Shown here: positions 49,182-59,029 of the stretch, one piece after another
How the letters are laid out: every line of letters starts with the position of its first letter
Position numbering within the stretch: position 1 is the stretch's first letter
IMG/VR virus record: IMGVR_UViG_3300025770_000006
Span: 109,359-173,358 of that record
Source of the DNA: a virus
Strand: one strand, 5' to 3'
DNA length: 64,000 nt
Notes under the pieces: generated by a model
Seen by the model: the letters and a program-made list of their open reading frames with translations, nothing else
What the model was told of the DNA's origin: nothing
Database searches by the model: none
Program-made: the position numbers and the translations under genes

Positions 49182-49297
49182 CTTGTTTTCAAGTCGTGCT
49201 ATTCTTGATTCGAGTCTGAAGCTGATCTTTTCATAATGGTTTCTCCATTTGGTTAAGGTTAAAGAGATCACTTAAGATCAAGTATAAATAAACTATC
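49182..49297 (-). pseudogene. Empty, frameshifted copy of the promoter-RBS-leader element (no cargo)
   Basis: ATG at 49234: MKRSAS, then a deletion of about 13 nt, then LESRIARLENK in another frame. The upstream 56 bp are 53/56 identical to 44043-44098. Confidence 0.85.
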
Positions 49298-49301
49298 AAA
49301 C

Positions 49302-50312
49302 CTAGTATGGCTCTCTGAAATCTAGGTTTTCTCCCTCAAGGAGATGAGCAATAAAATTAAGCTCCTTCTTACTTAGACCTCTAAAAGTAAGAGTTGTTTC
49401 TAGGTGTCCAGACTCATTTAAGACAGCTTCTGTGAAATGATCCTCTACACCCCAAGCATATCCAGCATAAACGGAAGAACTATCTTGCTCAAGTACTATT
49501 GAAGAGGGTTTGACCTCGACAGACATTAAACCCTCTATTTCACCAAACTCACTCTTAACTGCTTCCTCAATGTCTTCCCCCCTCAACTGACCCTTATCTT
49601 CCCAAGTAGCGATTATATCCCTATCATCCATAAGTTTGTGGGTGAGTGTGTAGGTAGTATTTATTCGAGCTGTCTTGTTTTCAAGTCGAGCGACTCTTGA
49701 TTCAAGACTGTTAATTATTTCACTAGCTGATCTTCTCATCCCTGCGATCTCCATATCTTTGAGTATTCTATTTAGAACTTTCTTGACTCTACGATCTCTA
49801 GTCAAAGAGAGGGCTTTTTCAAAGTCTCCGCTCCATAGTGCGTCATATTTTTCAGACATTTCATCTCTAAACTCTGGGTCATAGATATAAAGCATTGGTT
49901 CATGCTTTTCGATAGCCTCGATTAAGAGATGTTTTACGGACGAGTGTCTTTTCATGATGTATTCACTTTGTTTGCTTGTGGATGGAAAAGGGGTTGGGTT
50001 ATATTTAGCCGCCATATCAACCATCTCACGATCTTCATGTGTGAGTCTTTGTCGATACCAGTCAGAACCCATAGTGATAAGTGCATAATTAGTACGGTCT
50101 AAAGATCTCTCCATTTTAGAGAGGTGCTTAGGGATGGCTTCAAAGTTATCCCCACAACGCTTGTATACTTCTTCTGCGAGTTGCGGGTGTTCTTTGATAG
50201 CTTCTACCATCTGGTTGACATGACTACGAACAATGTGAGCTTCTACACGAGAGGCTGAGACACCTTCAGATAAAATAGACCAAGATGCTTGGCTTGAAGA
50301 TTTCTTTTTCAT
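49302..50312 (-). CDS. Modular protein with an internal leader copy (MRRSASEIINSLESRVARLENKTA at 49668-49739)
   Basis: Translation; promoter-like motif at 50348-50362. Confidence 0.75.
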   Translation of the reverse strand: MKKKSSSQASWSILSEGVSASRVEAHIVRSHVNQMVEAIKEHPQLAEEVYKRCGDNFEAIPKHLSKMERSLDRTNYALITMGSDWYRQRLTHEDREMVDMAAKYNPTPFPSTSKQSEYIMKRHSSVKHLLIEAIEKHEPMLYIYDPEFRDEMSEKYDALWSGDFEKALSLTRDRRVKKVLNRILKDMEIAGMRRSASEIINSLESRVARLENKTARINTTYTLTHKLMDDRDIIATWEDKGQLRGEDIEEAVKSEFGEIEGLMSVEVKPSSIVLEQDSSSVYAGYAWGVEDHFTEAVLNESGHLETTLTFRGLSKKELNFIAHLLEGENLDFREPY

Positions 50313-50359
50313 TATTATCCCCCTTGTCTTTTGTTCTAACGACAATAATAGAAGAACTA

Positions 50360-50824
50360 TTACTCAAGCTCTTCTGGTATATCGAAGCGTATCGTTCTTC
50401 TATATTTATCTCGATACCCAATTTTAGCTTCTACTTGATGCTTACAAGGGATCATCTTTCCTGTCTTGATCTTGTGTAAGATTAACTCGTAATCCATGAG
50501 ATCACCAGGCAATGCCATAATGATATATGGGTTAGCTATATCAGTTGGTAGGTCTTTAGGGTCAACTACAAGCACAATCGCAGTTGGAGTAGAAATCCAA
50601 CCTTTAATGTGGATCGTCTGTTTGGTAGCAAGTATTGAGGTGTATGGCTTTAAGTCGATTACAGATCCGTTTGATCCGAATGACTTAAGGACAGCAACAG
50701 ACCCTTTTTTAGTCCAATAAGATGGAATAGGGGGTGTGTTGAGTTCACTCCTCCACCAGAGTAAAAGTTCTTCGGGTTCTCTTATACAAGCAACGAGACT
50801 AGATATTTTTGTGATTAGATCCAT
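50360..50824 (-). CDS. Hypothetical protein
   Basis: 154-aa ORF in the minus-strand operon. Confidence 0.6.
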   Translation of the reverse strand: MDLITKISSLVACIREPEELLLWWRSELNTPPIPSYWTKKGSVAVLKSFGSNGSVIDLKPYTSILATKQTIHIKGWISTPTAIVLVVDPKDLPTDIANPYIIMALPGDLMDYELILHKIKTGKMIPCKHQVEAKIGYRDKYRRTIRFDIPEELE

Positions 50825-50826
50825 GA

Positions 50827-52656
50827 TTACTGCCCTTTGATTTTAAACTTAGTTTTCCAGTTAGGTGAGTAAGTGTCCAAGACACTTCTGTTCACCCTAG
50901 AGACTAAGTTAGGTTCAAGCACATTAGCGATCAAAGCATTGGTTTTAGGTGTTCGAGAGCTTTTGGGCATATAGATGTTTCCGTTAGTCTTATCTATAAA
51001 TGCCACAGCGTGTTTAGACCCTAACTCCAAGTTATCGTAGACTAGTTTAATCATAGAATTGCCTACTCTAGCTTCTAAGTCTAAAGCATTCGCTATTCCC
51101 CTACTCGCTTCTGTGATCGCATCTAAATTACTTTCTGGAGTAGTTGGTCTTGTCGGTTCGGGTGTTTGATCCACGATTTCTGTTGGAGGAGGTGTTGTAT
51201 TCCCCTCCGTTATCATGTTCATTGTTCTCCAACGAGGCTTTAAGCTACTCATTCTCTCATGTCCTACACAAACATCTAAGTTATTGTCTGTAATGTTTGC
51301 GAGGTTGACATTTAGGTTTGGTTTAGACTTATTCTTAGGTGCAAACAAGTTACCTGTCGCATAGTCAATGAACATATATGCGTGTGTAGATCCAATAGCT
51401 TGATTGGTGTAGATAAAGAGTCCATACTTACGCCCCTTCTTAAAGAACAGTCCAAGACGACTCGCCAAGGACTCAGAGGTCTGTATCATTTGTTGTTTAC
51501 TTGGGAGTGTTTCTTCAACCTGCGTTGTGGGAACATTCTCTTCTGGTGTAAATTCTTCCGTAAAGTCAGTCATGTTTGGAGTGTACTCTTGACCGTCTAT
51601 TACAATGCTATTAAACGCATCTAAAGACTTCGGATGTAGCTTCCCTACTGCTTTGTAAGCTAAGGCTTCGCAGAAATGCTCTTCTACATCAGAGGTAGCA
51701 TAATTAGTAGGGAACAGACCAGACCGAGACTTGAGGTGGTCTTTAATGTACTTTGCTTTGTACGCACCGACTTCGCTTCCATCTGGCAATACAAGGTAAA
51801 CACCACCTCTTGGGTGAGTCCGAGAAAGCGTAGTTGGAACACCATGACTCGGATTTGAACTTATAGTTGTCTTAGTACGATTCTTTTTGGCATATAAACC
51901 GATGTCTTTACCCACAAAGTCATTGAGATTTACTCTGTGTCCCATATGACATCGGGAGTCATATCTTCTCCATAAACTCTTTTTCTCCCTAGATAGATTC
52001 TTCCTGTAATATCTATGTCCAATTTCATGGATGAATGTCTTCATGAACTCTTCTTGATCTCGACCCATGTGCTTTAGGGTGACTTCATCTTTAGCAGAGT
52101 TGTACCACGCATACCAACTAGCCCTACCTAGCTTTTCGACTAACACCACATCACCATAAAGTGCTTGAGTAAAGTTGGGTGCAAGCGAGTTTGTGCAGTA
52201 AGTAAGTGCTTTAGTACAAGCCTCTACCATCTCTTCAACTTTATCGCCACTGAGGTTGATTGGGTTCTGCAAAGTAAAAGGACCAACATCAACTGTGTTT
52301 TCACCTTCTTCTCTTAATGGATGTTTCAGAAGATCAAAGATATCCTTAATATGTGATCTTCTATCAGAAAACCATTTAGCTGGACTGAATCTTGATCTAG
52401 GCATCTTAACCTTGTTTTTTATGGCTCGGACTCTCCTAGATTTATCTTCGGGAAACTTGATCTTATGGAACAAGAAATCGGCTAGATGCACTGTGTGTAC
52501 TACTGCCGTAGTATCTAAACTCTGAAGATGCAGATGATCTTCAATGTAGTCGAGAGCATCGGTTACTTTTATATTGAACTGACTACCTCTTACGAGTCCT
52601 TGCCAGTCGCCTAGTTTACATCTACTTAAATGATTATAACTAGCGTACTTTTTCAT
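50827..52656 (-). CDS. Zincin-type metallopeptidase-domain protein with two tandem C-terminal repeats
   Basis: FIHEIGHRY...YATSDVEEHFCEA; repeats HAYMFIDYATGNLFAPK and HAVAFIDKTNGNIYMPK. Confidence 0.65.
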   Translation of the reverse strand: MKKYASYNHLSRCKLGDWQGLVRGSQFNIKVTDALDYIEDHLHLQSLDTTAVVHTVHLADFLFHKIKFPEDKSRRVRAIKNKVKMPRSRFSPAKWFSDRRSHIKDIFDLLKHPLREEGENTVDVGPFTLQNPINLSGDKVEEMVEACTKALTYCTNSLAPNFTQALYGDVVLVEKLGRASWYAWYNSAKDEVTLKHMGRDQEEFMKTFIHEIGHRYYRKNLSREKKSLWRRYDSRCHMGHRVNLNDFVGKDIGLYAKKNRTKTTISSNPSHGVPTTLSRTHPRGGVYLVLPDGSEVGAYKAKYIKDHLKSRSGLFPTNYATSDVEEHFCEALAYKAVGKLHPKSLDAFNSIVIDGQEYTPNMTDFTEEFTPEENVPTTQVEETLPSKQQMIQTSESLASRLGLFFKKGRKYGLFIYTNQAIGSTHAYMFIDYATGNLFAPKNKSKPNLNVNLANITDNNLDVCVGHERMSSLKPRWRTMNMITEGNTTPPPTEIVDQTPEPTRPTTPESNLDAITEASRGIANALDLEARVGNSMIKLVYDNLELGSKHAVAFIDKTNGNIYMPKSSRTPKTNALIANVLEPNLVSRVNRSVLDTYSPNWKTKFKIKGQ

Positions 52657-52658
52657 TT

Positions 52659-53390
52659 TTACCACCTGATCTTGAACTTGACTTTAAGTTGTAAATCTTC
52701 GTTAATGACTTCTTCTGGAGGTCTTGTGTCATAAGAATAGTTAAACTCATTAATGATAGAGAAGAACTTATCTACCTTGAACTCTAATGAACCTGTCCCC
52801 AGAATACGATAATCAGAAGGAGTCATAAAGAGAGGCTGATAATAGGCTATTATTTTCCCCTCTACTGTGTCCTTCCACTTTTTACCTAGTCTGATATAGG
52901 AAGTACCTCTAGCGTCTAACCTACCCTCTTTTAAGCCTTCAATTTGTTCATAGTCTGACATACCCCCTAGACCTATGGCTAGATGGTCTTCAAAAGCAGT
53001 AAATCTAATTCCAAATCCAGTTAGTTGTCTGAGTTGAAGAAGTCTGAACTCATCTTTTTGGTTTTGGGTGAACATTTCTGTTCCTATGTGGTTGAACCAC
53101 ATAGCTGTCCACCTTAAATGAGAATACGCAGTGTTGTTAAAAGACTCTCCGTCTTCTTCTCCGTAGGAAACAGATCCTATAAGTAAGTTATGGTGTACGC
53201 CACTAATGTGATCTAACCTCAAACCTGCTTGGTATTGGAATACTTCCACATTTCCTCTTTGAAGAGAAACTCCTACTTCGGTAGAACCATGTAATCCTTG
53301 CTTATTTCCACTTCGGTCAGACTCGATGTTTACAACCTGTCCCCATGCCATAAGAGGGGGCATCAACAGAAAGATAAGCAAGGCTCTCAT
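52659..53390 (-). CDS. Outer-membrane beta-barrel protein (DUF481-like)
   Basis: Signal peptide MRALLIFLLMPPLMAWG, alternating beta-strands, QRGN, YYQP...DYR, C-terminal aromatic residue (KFKIRW). Confidence 0.7.
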   Translation of the reverse strand: MRALLIFLLMPPLMAWGQVVNIESDRSGNKQGLHGSTEVGVSLQRGNVEVFQYQAGLRLDHISGVHHNLLIGSVSYGEEDGESFNNTAYSHLRWTAMWFNHIGTEMFTQNQKDEFRLLQLRQLTGFGIRFTAFEDHLAIGLGGMSDYEQIEGLKEGRLDARGTSYIRLGKKWKDTVEGKIIAYYQPLFMTPSDYRILGTGSLEFKVDKFFSIINEFNYSYDTRPPEEVINEDLQLKVKFKIRW

Positions 53391-54799
53391 TACAGAATCT
53401 CTACAGGGTAGTTCTCCAATAGGAGTTTTGTAAGAGGACATCGCTTTTTCTTAGCGTGTGTTTGTAGGTACGGGATATGATCACTACTCTTATTGTGGAG
53501 AGTGTGAGCAATAGTTCCTGTATAAAGAATGAGATCAGAGATCGCCTTATGTGCAGACTTTGCACAAGAGGGTTTAAATCCTAAAGGGCCTGATAACACA
53601 CGCTTTGGTTTCTGATTGAGCAAGCAAGCACCACTAAGAGCTTTACTAGCATGACAGTTTGATCCTTGGCATCGAGTGCTGAAATAAGTACCCGCTTCTG
53701 GGTGTTTTGTTTCAACAAACCGAGCGAGGGTATTTACCTTTTTCTCCAGTTTACGCAGAGCAACCTCTACATCACTCTGGACTCGCTTGGTGAAGCCATA
53801 GTTCCCACTAGCCGCAGTCTTGGTTGCCATTCGACTCATGCCTCGGTAGATTTCCATAGCCATCGCATTGTTGGTGGCCGCATACTCAAAAAGCCTTTCA
53901 GCATCTTGATCTACCAACTCTTCTTCGATCTCACGAACGGAAACCCCATAGTGATCTGCGATATGCTTCAGGATCTGAGCCTTCTTTGCAGGGGGGATGC
54001 TGTTCAGATACTTTGCGTTCTCAGCACCCGAACCAGCGATCTTGTTCATATATTGAGAAGCCACTCTACTAGACTGTACTGAGTTAGCAATCAAGTCAGC
54101 TATTTGCTGACCTAATTGTTTCGCAGATGACCCATTAAGGTTCTTGATCAAATCCCTACCTACCCAAAGAGAAGTCGCAATCTCATTTGATTTTCCAGAT
54201 CCCTCAGTTGAGTTTTGAAAAAAGATAGTAGTATTTAAAGAAGATATCTCCATTTTGACTGAATAAAAAGGTTTACCTCTTAACCTTGCATGGGTACTGA
54301 CCTTAATCTCAGTGATCTTAATGTCTCCTTTAATATTCTGGGCATCAAGCCAAGTTTCAAGTTTCATTACAAAAGCATAGAGTTTGCTTCGGACATCTTC
54401 TTCATCAATGAGTTTAGCGACCTCAGTCAAAGACTTTCCAGTATTTGAATTAAACAACTCTTTTGGTGAGTACATTGCTTGACGCAAAGTAGACCTAGAC
54501 TTAGTAATCAAGTCATCAACTTCTTTTTTGAGTCGTTTGATGTTCTTGTCGGCTTTTTCCATAGCTCTGTTATAGTGTTCAAAGCTAGGTGTATAAGCAT
54601 CACGACCATGTGTATTTACTAGATCTTGTTCATTTTGTTCAGCTCTCTCCCAGTTCTGATAGATCCTACGATCAATCATACCTAGATCAAGAAGCCCTTT
54701 GATGTCCATGCTATCAATACACTTTTCAGCTTGGTCAATTTTCTCTTGAAAGAGCAAAGATTTTTCAATCAGATTTTCGGATATTTCATGCCTACTCAT
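53390..54799 (-). CDS. Multi-module hypothetical protein with RVASQY/KIA/KTA junctions
   Basis: ATG at 54799 after GGAG; translation. Confidence 0.65.
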   Translation of the reverse strand: MSRHEISENLIEKSLLFQEKIDQAEKCIDSMDIKGLLDLGMIDRRIYQNWERAEQNEQDLVNTHGRDAYTPSFEHYNRAMEKADKNIKRLKKEVDDLITKSRSTLRQAMYSPKELFNSNTGKSLTEVAKLIDEEDVRSKLYAFVMKLETWLDAQNIKGDIKITEIKVSTHARLRGKPFYSVKMEISSLNTTIFFQNSTEGSGKSNEIATSLWVGRDLIKNLNGSSAKQLGQQIADLIANSVQSSRVASQYMNKIAGSGAENAKYLNSIPPAKKAQILKHIADHYGVSVREIEEELVDQDAERLFEYAATNNAMAMEIYRGMSRMATKTAASGNYGFTKRVQSDVEVALRKLEKKVNTLARFVETKHPEAGTYFSTRCQGSNCHASKALSGACLLNQKPKRVLSGPLGFKPSCAKSAHKAISDLILYTGTIAHTLHNKSSDHIPYLQTHAKKKRCPLTKLLLENYPVEIL

Positions 54800-54800
54800 A

Positions 54801-55979
54801 TCACCACTCCAAGTCGTCAATGATGTCATAGTATCGAGCTTTTTTACCCATTTCATCTCTGTTTTTTTCAACAAGACTAGGGTCTGGAGCTTGCCCTGGA
54901 GAAGTTACTGATCCTTCATACTCTAAAAAATCTTCTGGTACATCTCCATCTCTTCTAGCATTTGCGTACTCCTCTTGACCTTTTTCTCCCTTAGAATATT
55001 TTGATTCTTTATCGAAATCAGCCATGAACCCCATATCATCAATAATGTCCTCTGAACCTTGTTGGTCATCATCTCTATATCCACGATAACGAGCAACATC
55101 ATTCATAGCAGAGTAAGACTGAGAAATCTTGTCCTCGACCCAATCATCAAGATCTTCCAGACCAATGTCATCAACGATGAAATCAGCCATGTCGCTCATC
55201 TCTCGTAGATTCTGTCGGCTCATGTATGAACCAGAGTCTTCGTGGTCTTTAGCAGTTCGACCAAGACCAATGTCATCAATAATCTCATCGTCTGAAGCGA
55301 ACATAGGTCTGTGTGTTACTTGAGAGCCACCTTTTTCAGCAAGCATTACCGTAACATCATATCCCTTTATTCTTTTACGAGTGCCTTTTTGGAAATGTGC
55401 CTGTGCCATCTCCTGTGCTTCAAACTTCGAGTCCGCGTAGACTTCAACTTTTTCACGATTCCACATGGCGATATACCCATTAGAACCAGATCCGATTTGT
55501 TGACCCCCAGCCATGCGACCAAGACCCATGTCATCAATAATCTCATCGTCTGCTGACTTCATCTTTTCATTCATCTCTTCCTCAGAGTGAACTACTTCAT
55601 CTTCAAACTTTTCAGCAACTTCAGGGTTGTCTTTTTTCCATTGTGCGACCGCTGTATCAACAACTTTATCTGAGTTATGCTTACGACTAGGTAAACGAGA
55701 CTCTTTCCAAAAGTCGGACATACGACCAAGACCAATGTCATCGACAATCTCGAATCCTTCAAGTTCATCAGCCTCAAAGTCATCAGCGACAACATCATCT
55801 ATATAGTTGCCTGGTCCACTTTTAAGGTCGCCATATCCCGTGTTGAGTTGTACCGTCTTTTCCCCCAAGAAATCGGCGGCATTTCTTTCACCATAGTCGG
55901 GCTGTAGGCGAAGGGGTTGTTGTGGTTGGCGAAGCTCCATGTGCTTCTGAGCGATTTTCTTTGCGAGTCTTTTAAACAT
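54801..55979 (-). CDS. Acidic modular protein with repeated IIDD(M/I)GLGR linkers (putative head-internal protein)
   Basis: Repeats seen in translation; AAGGAG RBS; promoter-like motif at 56019-56033. Confidence 0.7.
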   Translation of the reverse strand: MFKRLAKKIAQKHMELRQPQQPLRLQPDYGERNAADFLGEKTVQLNTGYGDLKSGPGNYIDDVVADDFEADELEGFEIVDDIGLGRMSDFWKESRLPSRKHNSDKVVDTAVAQWKKDNPEVAEKFEDEVVHSEEEMNEKMKSADDEIIDDMGLGRMAGGQQIGSGSNGYIAMWNREKVEVYADSKFEAQEMAQAHFQKGTRKRIKGYDVTVMLAEKGGSQVTHRPMFASDDEIIDDIGLGRTAKDHEDSGSYMSRQNLREMSDMADFIVDDIGLEDLDDWVEDKISQSYSAMNDVARYRGYRDDDQQGSEDIIDDMGFMADFDKESKYSKGEKGQEEYANARRDGDVPEDFLEYEGSVTSPGQAPDPSLVEKNRDEMGKKARYYDIIDDLEW

Positions 55980-56030
55980 TTCTGTTCTCCTTAAGAGGGT
56001 TCATCTTTAATAGTGGTAATAGATAAACTA

Positions 56031-57917
56031 TTAAATAGAGGGTAGTCCTACGAGGTACTTAACAACATCACCCTTACCCTCTAGGTTTCGGGTGTAGCAT
56101 TTTCTATCATCATCCCACTCAAGAGGTTTATTGATGATTGTCCTTACTTGATCTTCATCTTGAACATGGTTGACACCGAGTCTCTTCTTTAAGAGTCGGG
56201 CGAACCTTGCGTCAACCTCTGCGTACCAACCTCTCTTTAAGAGAAGTTCAGCACCTTTCATCAACATAGCGTTCCTACCTTCACTTGTTCCGTCAGATCC
56301 GATGAGTCCAATCTTCTTTCCGAAAGGAGTAGATGAGTAGCTGACGAAAGCGTCTATCTCATCATCACCTTCTACATCTACAACCCAGAAGGTGTCGTAG
56401 TTGCTCATAAGATCCGACTTGGAGCTTATGTGTTTCCCTACTTTGGAGTATGACAGATCATAAATAGTCCAAAGTTGTTCTTGTTGATCTTGATCAAACT
56501 GTCGAGGGGGTGCTTCAACCCACTTTTTACGCTCAAGATGAACACGAGCGATACGACTAGCCATTCTTTGATGGGTGTTAAAGATCATCTTATATGCTTC
56601 GCCCACAGCTTTCTTATATTTGCCTTTGGCGTATCTTTTAAGAGTGTGAAAAAAGCTATTTGGGCTTGTGGATCTCGTCCATTTAGATTTTGACCCGACA
56701 CCAGTTAAAGCTTTGAATACCTCTAATTTATCTTTTTCTGTGAAAGTCTCATATTCAGAAAATCGCTTTAGATCAGACATTATTGTTCTAATGTTATCTC
56801 TAAGATCAGTATAAAACTCACCATCGTCAAGATAGTGGAGTTCCTTTTTATCTCTTACGCTTAGACTTTTGGGGTCTCCATGTTGGTTATATTCAGGGGT
56901 TTGGATTTTCTTTGAGGGCATACCAGCTTCATTCTTATACGCCCTAAAATTGTCTGTTATTTTCTTACCCACGAAAGTTAATATAGATTGACCAACATGA
57001 GTCATTTCATGGATTACAGAAGTATGCACTGCTCTTATTACATTACGCACAGTAGGATGGTAATCAAAAGACTGAAGAATCTTTTTCCCATAGTCAGGGA
57101 TAGCGATTGTGACTTCTTTTTTAGTAAAAGACCAACTACTGTTTGTTGCATCTACCTCGATCTTTACTTTGATCTTGTCAAAATACTCCCAAGTACGGCT
57201 CATGTCTGACATACTTTTTTTTAAGGACTCAACCATCATTTCATAGTTTTCAATGAGGTCCTCGAACTCAGGGTTGTTTTTCTTTTTCGCCTTCTCAATT
57301 ATTTGAGAATACTCCACGATTTGACCCTTGGCTTTTTCCCGCATCATTTCTTGATGTTCTTCTAATGAGTTTTGGTCGAGATACCAGTCACCAAAATAAA
57401 TAGGGAACTCTTTAATAATCACCTGCCCCATTTTCATGGGTTTTAATTTTACTCGGATGACTTTCTTAAATTCTTTTATCTCCCCTTTAAGTTTCTTTGT
57501 CTCTCTTTCGCCCCAAGATAAGTAACTCTCCAATTCGATCTCGGTTTTCGCTATGCTTTCTTCAACGACTACTCTTATCTGTTCTCTTTTGGCGGGGTCT
57601 TTTACTCCAGAGAAGTATCTCTGTTTTAAATGCATAGATGCATAACCATATCCAAAGTACCCTGTGGACAATGAAGAAAAATCTTTATAACTATTGAAAA
57701 GACCACGAGTCCCATCCTTCCTTAACGATTCTCTAAGGGAGACAATGGAGTCTGAGAGGGCGGATAGACGGGTTTCTTGCTCTCCTCGGTAGTTTTTATA
57801 ACTTTTAATCTTCTCTTGTAGGGCTTTGACGATATTAGTAGCTACTTGAGAGAGTGCAAAACCATAAACATCTTGAGTCATCATTTCTGGTGGCTTCATT
57901 AGTCCTGCGTATTTCAT
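56031..57917 (-). CDS. Zincin (HExxH) domain protein with an additional C-terminal module
   Basis: SVIHEMTHVGQ...YLDDGEF; RMASRIAR junction before the last domain. Confidence 0.6.
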   Translation of the reverse strand: MKYAGLMKPPEMMTQDVYGFALSQVATNIVKALQEKIKSYKNYRGEQETRLSALSDSIVSLRESLRKDGTRGLFNSYKDFSSLSTGYFGYGYASMHLKQRYFSGVKDPAKREQIRVVVEESIAKTEIELESYLSWGERETKKLKGEIKEFKKVIRVKLKPMKMGQVIIKEFPIYFGDWYLDQNSLEEHQEMMREKAKGQIVEYSQIIEKAKKKNNPEFEDLIENYEMMVESLKKSMSDMSRTWEYFDKIKVKIEVDATNSSWSFTKKEVTIAIPDYGKKILQSFDYHPTVRNVIRAVHTSVIHEMTHVGQSILTFVGKKITDNFRAYKNEAGMPSKKIQTPEYNQHGDPKSLSVRDKKELHYLDDGEFYTDLRDNIRTIMSDLKRFSEYETFTEKDKLEVFKALTGVGSKSKWTRSTSPNSFFHTLKRYAKGKYKKAVGEAYKMIFNTHQRMASRIARVHLERKKWVEAPPRQFDQDQQEQLWTIYDLSYSKVGKHISSKSDLMSNYDTFWVVDVEGDDEIDAFVSYSSTPFGKKIGLIGSDGTSEGRNAMLMKGAELLLKRGWYAEVDARFARLLKKRLGVNHVQDEDQVRTIINKPLEWDDDRKCYTRNLEGKGDVVKYLVGLPSI

Positions 57918-57919
57918 TT

Positions 57920-58966
57920 TTACCCCCTGTTTAGATATGAAGAAGCAACACGACTAGCCCTGCGTTTATTGATGTCTCTTAATACGAGATCGACCACGCT
58001 TAGTTGAGCCGATGGTTTGACATTGGGCAACAGACCTGCAATCTCAATCGCTAACTCTTTTCTCGACAACCCGCTTTGAGCGAGGTTTAAGATTTGAGAT
58101 ACCTGTTCATCTGAAACATCTGTCTCTGACTGCAAGCAAGGCAGTAAGGAAGCCATTTTAGAGGTTGTTGAGGGTAAGTGTCTGATGATCTCTGGGAATG
58201 TGGAGATACCTTTACAAGTACGGATTAAGTCAGCCCCCTCAAACAAGAACGCAGTACATTCTCCTTGAGCGTTCTTTTCAAAATCAAGGGAATACTGTCC
58301 AACACCTGGAACTGAGACTTTGTAAACAAGATATATCCCGTCCACATCTGCTTTACATGACCACTTATCAAGCATGGTCATGTAGCCTAAGTGCTTCACA
58401 CTTGATACGATCTCTTTTACAGAGCTTACAAAGTCATCTCTAGTAGCCATGATTTGTCTCCCATCTTCTGTTATTTCACGCTCAATCATAAGAGCAGGTC
58501 TGCGAACTAAGTAGTTAGGCCACTTCTCGTACCACTTAGCATAGAAGTCATCTTCGGAGACTTCACGAGTGGTCTTGTCGGGGTTGGGTAGATTCGGGTC
58601 AGCCACATGAACTACATAGCTTCCTTTTTCACCTGTAACATCAAAGATCAAACTAGCATGACTCCAATCCCTACCTTCGGGATTCCATGCAATAAGTACA
58701 GGCTTACCCTCATCTGTCCACGCTTTTACTTGGGTCAAAGTAGCTGGTGTAGTGAGGGTAGCTCGACACCCAAAATACTGAGCACAAGCTAAGACTTCTT
58801 CCCACCTAGCCCCTTGCATAGGTTTTGCACCAATCACTTGATTGACTTGATCCTCGTTGCACTTAACGCCAACAGCATTTAGAGCCATACAGGTGGAGGT
58901 CGCCACACAACTAAACTGTGAACGCTGTCGTATTGGGCTCACATCTGCTTTTGCTGATCTTCTCAT
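57920..58966 (-). CDS. C39-like (papain-fold) peptidase-domain protein beginning with a truncated leader (MRRSA)
   Basis: Q..QFSCVAT (Cys), WSHASLI (His), VADPN (Asp); promoter-like motif at 59004-59017. Confidence 0.75.
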   Translation of the reverse strand: MRRSAKADVSPIRQRSQFSCVATSTCMALNAVGVKCNEDQVNQVIGAKPMQGARWEEVLACAQYFGCRATLTTPATLTQVKAWTDEGKPVLIAWNPEGRDWSHASLIFDVTGEKGSYVVHVADPNLPNPDKTTREVSEDDFYAKWYEKWPNYLVRRPALMIEREITEDGRQIMATRDDFVSSVKEIVSSVKHLGYMTMLDKWSCKADVDGIYLVYKVSVPGVGQYSLDFEKNAQGECTAFLFEGADLIRTCKGISTFPEIIRHLPSTTSKMASLLPCLQSETDVSDEQVSQILNLAQSGLSRKELAIEIAGLLPNVKPSAQLSVVDLVLRDINKRRASRVASSYLNRG

Positions 58967-59029
58967 GATAGGTATCCCTTTCTATTGTTAGAAAAGGCAC
59001 ACCTATAAAGAGACTACAAATCTACTGTC

